Source: a virus
Taxonomy: Duplodnaviria; Caudoviricetes
Virus record (IMG/VR): IMGVR_UViG_3300043427_002668
Length of the DNA: 64,000 nucleotides
Reading direction: 5' to 3' (one strand)
The notes beneath the pieces are model-generated. The model saw only the letters and a program-made list of their open reading frames with translations. It had not been told where the DNA came from and made no database searches. How positions within the stretch are numbered: the first letter of the stretch is position 1; each line of letters opens with the position of its first letter. Shown here one piece after another: positions 57,796 through 64,000 of this stretch. The translations under genes and the position numbers were made by a program.

Positions 57796-58455
57796 ATGAA
57801 TGATTTATTATCCAATATTTTAATTCAACCAAAAGTAGTCACAAAGGAAAACTGTAAATATCTGCTTGATTTTGCTAATCAAGCAGATATGGAACAGATG
57901 GGAGTATTTGATCCTGATAAAACAAATCTTACAAAAAAATCAGAACATAAAGTAGATAAGACATCTAGAGATGTAAAGTGTGCTGATATAACTCCTATTC
58001 TTCCTCAAGTTCATGATTTGATGAAGAATATCATCGATCATGTTATTAATCCTTTTTATAATTTTAAGATTCGTGATAGTGAAATGCCTCAACTTCTTTA
58101 CTATGAAAAAGGAGGGCACTATAAACCTCATTATGATGCAGAAGCACTTTGGACGAATCCTGATGGAACAACAATGTGGAAGAAGAGTGTAGATCGGGAT
58201 CTTTCTACGGTTCTTTTTCTCAACGATGATTTTGAGGGTGGTTATTTTTCTTTTCCAGATCTAAGAATCAAAATCAAACCAGAACCAGGACTTCTTGTTT
58301 GTTTTCCTTCTTCTAGATGGTTTAAGCACTGCGTAGAACCTGTACTTTCAGGTAAGAGATATACTTTAGTAACTTGGATGAGAGTTCAAGGGTTTAAAAC
58401 AAAAGAAGAGCAAGATAAAGAAATAGAACAGAAGTATGGAATTAAGGTTCCATAA
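57796..58455 (+). CDS. Prolyl-4-hydroxylase-like 2OG-Fe(II) oxygenase
   Basis: YKPHYD, LSTVLFLNDDFEGG, FPS..WFKHCVEPVLSGKRY. Confidence 0.88.
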   Translation: MNDLLSNILIQPKVVTKENCKYLLDFANQADMEQMGVFDPDKTNLTKKSEHKVDKTSRDVKCADITPILPQVHDLMKNIIDHVINPFYNFKIRDSEMPQLLYYEKGGHYKPHYDAEALWTNPDGTTMWKKSVDRDLSTVLFLNDDFEGGYFSFPDLRIKIKPEPGLLVCFPSSRWFKHCVEPVLSGKRYTLVTWMRVQGFKTKEEQDKEIEQKYGIKVP

Positions 58456-58483
58456 ATATCAAGAAAGTATCTCAAAATAAGAA

Positions 58484-59029
58484 ATGACTCAACTTATAAA
58501 ACATTATTTGGTCGATAGAGATAATCCAGAAGTTTTTGCAACAACAGCAGAACAATTCTCAAGACCAATGTTCGGTACAATTGGTCCAAATATTGAAGGT
58601 CTTGAAGTAGTTCATGCATTAAGTGATGTAAATGGTATTACATTCTTTCTTTCCAACTGTCCTGATACTACTACGATTAATGAAGTAGAGGGTCTTGCAA
58701 TCCTTACGCAACAACAATGGGATGATGAAATCGCAGCATATGATACAAGACAAGGAACAAAACGTTTAAATCTTGTTCGTAAGTACAGAGATCAACTTCT
58801 TTCTCAAACTGATTGGATTGTAATCAAAGCAAAAGAGCAAGGAACTAATCTTACAACTGCATTTAAGGATTGGAGACAATCTCTTCGTGATCTTCCTGCA
58901 GCACCAACCTTTCCAACTGAACTTCCTGCACCTCCAGCAAATGTATCAATAGATCAAGCAATTTATGATGCTTATGTTGCAGATATTAGAACTGTTCCAA
59001 TGATTAATGATCCACTTCCTCCAGTATAA
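58484..59029 (+). CDS. Tail fibre assembly chaperone-like protein
   Basis: VRKYRDQLLSQTDW...WRQSLRDLP motif. Confidence 0.75.
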   Translation: MTQLIKHYLVDRDNPEVFATTAEQFSRPMFGTIGPNIEGLEVVHALSDVNGITFFLSNCPDTTTINEVEGLAILTQQQWDDEIAAYDTRQGTKRLNLVRKYRDQLLSQTDWIVIKAKEQGTNLTTAFKDWRQSLRDLPAAPTFPTELPAPPANVSIDQAIYDAYVADIRTVPMINDPLPPV

Positions 59030-59033
59030 TAAT

Positions 59034-59624
59034 TCAATAAGGTTTAGTCATATTTAATAAATGATAACACTTATCGTTACGGTCAAATGCGTAATCCACG
59101 TATTGACCGTTTTTTCTTACAAAGTGTAGGAATAATTGCATAAAACGATCATTATCGTGAGTTCTTAGAGGACTTCTCCAGTGCTCTACTTGAGTTCCAA
59201 GATACGCAACTCCATGTCCTACAGGTGTTACAACTGCTCTATTCTTACCTTCTAAATCTTTGAGTTTAATCGGCCAAGCAGCATCACCGCAAATATTCAT
59301 TGTGACTGAGACTTCACAGGAAGGTCGGTCAGTATGACAGTTCATCCAACCACCTTTATGGTAAGTCGTAGAGAACCAATAAGTCGGCAGAAGTTCTTCA
59401 CCAAGCAACTCCTCAAGTATTGGTTTGACTCTCCACATAATATAAGTACAGGTTGGTGGAGCATAACAAGTTAACACTCTTCCTCTTTCTGGATCGTGAT
59501 GTCCTTTAAGACTTCCAAGTTCTCTTACTGCACCACAGAGGTTTTTATATTTAATCTCCAATGCTTCTTCTTTGCTGATAATATTGGGAAGATAGTACCA
59601 CCCCTTTTTAGCAAACGTACTCAT
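59034..59624 (-). CDS. 2OG-Fe(II) oxygenase-like protein
   Basis: HTDRPSCEVSVT, WPI, VEHWR, QLFLHFV; divergent late-promoter-like motifs at 59644-59651 (-) and 59656-59663 (+). Confidence 0.8.
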   Translation of the reverse strand: MSTFAKKGWYYLPNIISKEEALEIKYKNLCGAVRELGSLKGHHDPERGRVLTCYAPPTCTYIMWRVKPILEELLGEELLPTYWFSTTYHKGGWMNCHTDRPSCEVSVTMNICGDAAWPIKLKDLEGKNRAVVTPVGHGVAYLGTQVEHWRSPLRTHDNDRFMQLFLHFVRKNGQYVDYAFDRNDKCYHLLNMTKPY

Positions 59625-59682
59625 ACTTATAGTTATTCTGCAGTATTTATTCTATCATAAATACTTAAAAATCTAAAAAAAG

Positions 59683-60015
59683 ATGGCAGTTCCAGCAGTT
59701 AATATTGTTGTAGAACAGGGAACCGATTACGAAGAAGTCTTTACTGTTAATAATCCTGATGGAAGTCCGTTAGATTTAACAGGACATACTGGTGTAGCAA
59801 AAATTCGTAAGTTTCCTGAATCAACCACATCAACTTCATTTAATGTTGGTATTGTATCTGCTGCAGGGCAAGTTGTAGTATCTCTTGCAAATACAGTTTC
59901 TGATGATTTGAAAGCAGGAAGATATTATTATGATGTGATTATCATCTCCTCTCAAGGAAAGAAAACCAAAGTTGTTGATGGGATGGTGCTTGTAAATCCT
60001 AGTGAGTCAATCTAA
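59683..60015 (+). CDS. Small Ig-like baseplate/fibre attachment-type protein
   Basis: VEQGTDY, PLDLTG..AKIRK, GRYYYDV, VVDGMVLVNP. Confidence 0.7.
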   Translation: MAVPAVNIVVEQGTDYEEVFTVNNPDGSPLDLTGHTGVAKIRKFPESTTSTSFNVGIVSAAGQVVVSLANTVSDDLKAGRYYYDVIIISSQGKKTKVVDGMVLVNPSESI

Positions 60016-62255
60016 TGCCTTCAGTTTCTCTTGGAAGTACCAGTTATAACGTTACTGTAGGTTACAAACCTTCTCTTAAACTTACGAGAGAGGCTGGAAG
60101 TCTGCAAGGTCTTCAGGGTACTCAAGGTCCTTTAAGCAACTTTCAAGGAACTCAAGGTCATCAAGGATCTCAAGGTCTTCAGGGAAGACAAGGATCTCAA
60201 GGTCTTCAGGGGATTCAAGGAACAATTGGTATTCAAGGGCATCAGGGTACTCAAGGTCTTCAGGGAAGACAGGGTACTCAAGGAAGACAGGGATCTCAAG
60301 GACTTCAAGGAACCCAAGGAACTCAAGGTAATCAAGGTCTTCAGGGTCTTCAGGGTTTAAGTAATCAAGGAACTCAAGGAACTCAAGGTTTACAAGGAAC
60401 ACAAGGAAGACAAGGAACTCAGGGACTTCAAGGAACTCAAGGTCTTCAGGGCACTCAAGGTCTTCAGGGAACTCAAGGTCTTCAAGGTACACAAGGACTT
60501 CAAGGAGTTCAAGGTCGTCAAGGCACTCAAGGTCTTCAAGGAAGACAAGGAACCCAAGGACTTCAAGGTACTCAAGGAACTCAAGGTCTTCAGGGAACCC
60601 AAGGTACACAAGGACTTCAAGGCACTCAAGGTCTTCAAGGAAGACAAGGAACTCAAGGACTTCAAGGTACTCAAGGAACACAAGGACTTCAAGGTACACA
60701 AGGACTTCAAGGTACACAAGGTCTTCAGGGAACTCAAGGACTTTCTATTCAAGGAACCCAAGGTCTTCAGGGTCTTCAAGGAAGGCAAGGAACTCAAGGA
60801 CTTCAAGGAACTCAAGGTCTTTCTATTCAAGGAACCCAAGGTCTTCAGGGTCTTCAGGGAACACAAGGTCGTCAAGGATTACAAGGAACTAGAGGTCTTC
60901 AAGGAGATCAAGGAATTCAGGGTCTTCAAGGAACACAAGGTTCTCAGGGTCTTCAAGGAACTCAAGGAATACAGGGGCAAAGAGGAATTCAAGGAAGAGA
61001 AGGTCTTCAAGGTCTTCAAGGCGATCAAGGTATTCAGGGTTTAAGTAACCAAGGGGTTCAAGGTCTTCAGGGCGAAAGAGGATCTCAGGGAAGACAAGGA
61101 GTACAAGGAACTCAAGGTCTACAGGGTCTTCAGGGAACTCAAGGTCTACAAGGTCTTCAGGGAACTCAGGGGAGACAAGGTACACAAGGTCTCCAAGGAG
61201 TTCAGGGTCTCCAAGGAGTTCAGGGTCTTCAGGGCCTTCAAGGAACTCAAGGAACTCAAGGTCTTCAAGGAGTTCAGGGAACATCAGGTAAAGATGGAAA
61301 CTTTGGTGGTGCCACTTTTGATTATACTTTTAGCACAGATACTACAAATTCTGATCCAGGTATTGGGTACTTAAAGTTTAATAATTTAGATCTTTCTCTT
61401 GCACTTGAACTTTATATTGATGATCAAAATGACGGTTCTACTGATATCCAATCTTTCCTAAGAACAATTGATGATAGTACATCAACAATTAAAGGACACT
61501 TTAGAATATCCAATAAATTTGACAGTTCTGATTTTGCACTCTTCACAATATCTTCGATTACAGAACTGAGTGGTTATTTCCAGGTCTTCTGTGCTTATGT
61601 TTCTGGAAGCACCACAGCATTTAGTAATAATGAAGATGTTATTATTACATTTGCAAGAACTGGTGATAAAGGAGATACTGGTTCACAAGGTTCTCAAGGA
61701 GTTCAGGGTCCACAAGGTTTACAAGGTACTCAAGGTCTTCAGGGTCAAACAGGAACATCTCTCAATATTATTGGTTCTCTTGCTCTTACTCCAGGAAACG
61801 AGCAATCTGAATTAAATGCGGCATTCCCATCAGCAGGTGCCGGTGATGGTGTTATTGATACAAATACAGGAAACTTATGGATTTATGATACTGTTTCTTG
61901 GACGAATGTAGGAAATATTCGTGGACCTCAAGGATCACAGGGTCTTCAAGGTCTGCAAGGTCTTCAAGGATCTGGGTCTCAAGGTCTCCAGGGTACTCAA
62001 GGTCTCCAGGGTACTCAAGGTCTTCAAGGAATAACTGGTGATAGTTATTGGGTTAAAACTAGTGTTGGTATTCATACATTATCTTATGTTGGTATTGGCA
62101 CTACAAATCCAACAGAACAATTAACTGTTTTAGGTTCTGTTGGCATTGGTGGAAGTTTAATTTTTAATGATACTGCAGGAATTTCTACAGTCATTGTTGC
62201 AATTGGAACTGAAAGATTTTTACAAAATATTATTATAGATTGCGGAGAATATTAA
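60015..62255 (+). CDS. Collagen-like fibre protein with Gly-X-Gln repeats
   Basis: Long (G-X-Q)n run, globular inserts, C-terminal GIGTTNP and IIIDCGEY. Confidence 0.9.
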   Translation: MPSVSLGSTSYNVTVGYKPSLKLTREAGSLQGLQGTQGPLSNFQGTQGHQGSQGLQGRQGSQGLQGIQGTIGIQGHQGTQGLQGRQGTQGRQGSQGLQGTQGTQGNQGLQGLQGLSNQGTQGTQGLQGTQGRQGTQGLQGTQGLQGTQGLQGTQGLQGTQGLQGVQGRQGTQGLQGRQGTQGLQGTQGTQGLQGTQGTQGLQGTQGLQGRQGTQGLQGTQGTQGLQGTQGLQGTQGLQGTQGLSIQGTQGLQGLQGRQGTQGLQGTQGLSIQGTQGLQGLQGTQGRQGLQGTRGLQGDQGIQGLQGTQGSQGLQGTQGIQGQRGIQGREGLQGLQGDQGIQGLSNQGVQGLQGERGSQGRQGVQGTQGLQGLQGTQGLQGLQGTQGRQGTQGLQGVQGLQGVQGLQGLQGTQGTQGLQGVQGTSGKDGNFGGATFDYTFSTDTTNSDPGIGYLKFNNLDLSLALELYIDDQNDGSTDIQSFLRTIDDSTSTIKGHFRISNKFDSSDFALFTISSITELSGYFQVFCAYVSGSTTAFSNNEDVIITFARTGDKGDTGSQGSQGVQGPQGLQGTQGLQGQTGTSLNIIGSLALTPGNEQSELNAAFPSAGAGDGVIDTNTGNLWIYDTVSWTNVGNIRGPQGSQGLQGLQGLQGSGSQGLQGTQGLQGTQGLQGITGDSYWVKTSVGIHTLSYVGIGTTNPTEQLTVLGSVGIGGSLIFNDTAGISTVIVAIGTERFLQNIIIDCGEY
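60102..61283 (+). repeat. 9-bp-period degenerate tandem repeat encoding Gly-X-Gln
   Basis: CAAGGTCTT / CAAGGAACT / CAGGGTACT variants over about 1.2 kb. Confidence 0.9.
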
Positions 62256-62256
62256 T

Positions 62257-62264
62257 TATAAATA
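62257..62264 (+). promoter_or_regulatory. T4 late promoter TATAAATA
   Basis: Exact consensus just after the collagen-gene stop. Confidence 0.7.
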
Positions 62265-62322
62265 TCTAAAACCCCCGATAAATATTGGGTTGTTTTACGG
62301 TATATACCACCATCTTAAGTGA

Positions 62323-64000
62323 ATGATAAATACCAATCCTATCGTCAGGATTAGAAGATCCGCAGTTCCCGGTAAGAAACCAACAGTAAACCAGTTACTA
62401 ACTGGAGAACTTGGACTTAATACTTATGATGGTGATTTGTATTCCGTAAGAAGTCGTGCAGGCATCGGAACAGATATTGTAAATCTGGGTGCCGGAGCAA
62501 CGGTTACTAATATTTTATATGTCACTCAAGATGGAAACGACACCAATACAGGAAGAAAACTTGGAGACGCAAAACGAACAGTCGGAGCAGCTCTCTCAGC
62601 AGCAACAACAGGAACAGTTATTAAAGTTAGTGCTGGATCTTATGTAGAAAATAATCCATTAATACTTCCAACTCAAGTTTCGATCGTAGGAGATAGTTTA
62701 AGAGAGGTATCAGTATCTCCTCAAAATGCAAATGAAGATTTATTTTATGTTCTTGAAGGTAATTATGTTGCAGAAATGTCTTTTACTGGAACTTTGAATC
62801 CAGGAAAAGCAATATTTGCATTTAATCCAAATCAAGTAGGATATTCAAGCCAATCACCATATATTCAAAATTGCACGAATTTTATTCCAAATAGTATTGG
62901 TCTCAAAATTGATGGTTCAAAATGTATTGGACCATTAAAATCAATGGTTCTTGATTCTTATACTCAATATAATCAAGGTGGTATTGGGTGTTCTATTACA
63001 AATGAAGGATACGCACAGTTAGTTTCCCTCTTTACTATTTGCGACGAAATCGCAGTTTATTGTGGTTCTGGTTCTGCTTGCGATTTAACTAACTCCAATT
63101 CTTCTTTTGGAAATTATGGACTAGTGGCAGATAGTGTTGGTCCTTTAAAATATACAGGTATTGTAACGGCATCTGCAGCAGAAAATGCAGATACTTTTGT
63201 TCTTGATTTAAATGTTCCAACTCTGAATGTTACGAATGCACTTTATGATAATGTAACTGGACTTACAACAATTACTGTAGGTTCAAATCATAACTTTAAT
63301 GTTGGAATGGGTGTTTCAATTGCTGGACTTGCATTTACTTGCTCTTCTGGTCCAGGAATTGTAACTTATCCATCAGGTAATAAAGGTTATATTTTTGAGG
63401 TTGCTGGTGTTCCATCACCAACTTCCTTTGAAGTTTATGTTGGAGTTTCTACTCTTTCGCATACATATCAATCTGGTGGAACTGCAAAAATAAATGTAGT
63501 CAGACCTTTTGACGGACAAGTCATTTATTTTGATACACTTTATTATAGTGTAGAAAGTATTACAGTAGGTTCTGGTGGAACTGGATATACTGGAAATGCA
63601 GATCTAACGATTGGAAATCCATCTACACCTTGGGGTATTCCCGCAACTGCTGTTGCTGAGGTAAAAGATGGTTCTATTGTTTCCGTCGAAATGATTTCAA
63701 ATGGAAGAGGATATACTTCAACTCCTACAGTAACTTTTAGCTCTCCTGATGTTGGAATAAATACTGCAACAGGTACTGCAAATTTAATTCCAACTTATTA
63801 TGTAATTCAAAATTCAACACCTGTTTCTGCTGGAATTTGTACGATTACAATTACTGATAATGTTCCCTATGCAGTTGGAGTTGGTACTACTGTTCCTTTC
63901 TTCAAACAAAGTAGAGTTCTTGCATCAGGACATTCTCTTGAATATATTGGATCTGGAACAAATATTGCAACTGCATTACCTGCAAATGGTGGAGTTCCTA
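62323..64000 (+). CDS. Large tail fibre/structural protein, 3' end runs off the window
   Basis: Not in the ORF track; MINTNPIVRIRRSAVPGKKP..GELGLNTYDG, YVTQDGNDTNTG, IVGDSLR; reading frame continues to the edge. Confidence 0.85.
   Translation, partial: MINTNPIVRIRRSAVPGKKPTVNQLLTGELGLNTYDGDLYSVRSRAGIGTDIVNLGAGATVTNILYVTQDGNDTNTGRKLGDAKRTVGAALSAATTGTVIKVSAGSYVENNPLILPTQVSIVGDSLREVSVSPQNANEDLFYVLEGNYVAEMSFTGTLNPGKAIFAFNPNQVGYSSQSPYIQNCTNFIPNSIGLKIDGSKCIGPLKSMVLDSYTQYNQGGIGCSITNEGYAQLVSLFTICDEIAVYCGSGSACDLTNSNSSFGNYGLVADSVGPLKYTGIVTASAAENADTFVLDLNVPTLNVTNALYDNVTGLTTITVGSNHNFNVGMGVSIAGLAFTCSSGPGIVTYPSGNKGYIFEVAGVPSPTSFEVYVGVSTLSHTYQSGGTAKINVVRPFDGQVIYFDTLYYSVESITVGSGGTGYTGNADLTIGNPSTPWGIPATAVAEVKDGSIVSVEMISNGRGYTSTPTVTFSSPDVGINTATGTANLIPTYYVIQNSTPVSAGICTITITDNVPYAVGVGTTVPFFKQSRVLASGHSLEYIGSGTNIATALPANGGVP

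Noticed and set aside
60082-61284. Long antisense ORFs over the collagen gene
   Set aside because: By-products of the 9-bp repeat lacking stops in other frames; low-complexity translations, no RBS
1133-61815. Many short ORF-track entries overlapping longer genes (e.g. 1133, 4660, 9676, 12102, 20975, 25731, 46318)
   Set aside because: Shadow frames of well-supported genes; no motifs or RBS
62268-62296. Hairpin with GATAAATA in its loop upstream of the last gene
   Set aside because: Imperfect stem that does not cover the start region, so the T4-style RBS-masking model is unsupported

Overview
AT-rich segment of a T4-like cyanomyovirus (Kyanoviridae-like) genome, on the evidence of its T4 core genes and cyanobacterial auxiliary metabolic genes. 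It contains no host chromosomal genes. Left to right: (1) a truncated minus-strand gene behind a highly structured leader; (2) a talC-ptox-zwf-gnd operon; (3) glutaredoxin, conserved hypotheticals and speD; (4) a nitrogen-responsive module (NtcA box, sigma70 promoter, tandem glutamine-riboswitch aptamers, DUF4278 peptide); (5) thyX, phoH, exonuclease, gp33, gp59, gp32; (6) a baseplate/tail module (gp53, gp48, gp4, tube-like protein, gp26/gp51, two tape-measure-like proteins, gp27-like, cp12, gp5-like pieces); (7) an early island with tRNA-Leu(TAA), tRNA-Thr(TGT) and a Mom-like DNA modifier; (8) large fibre genes; (9) a 17.4 kb cassette of three paralogous 18-repeat kelch-like proteins interleaved with glycosyltransferases, FkbM methyltransferases, a sulfotransferase and three 2OG-Fe(II) oxygenases; (10) a Gly-X-Gln collagen-like fibre and a truncated fibre gene. 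Best leads: a -1 frameshift signal that would fuse gp26 to gp51 like lambda G/GT, the propeller plus glyco-modification cassette, the nitrogen-sensing module and the switch-like leader at 799-1017. All family assignments come from motif recognition by eye; no database search was run.
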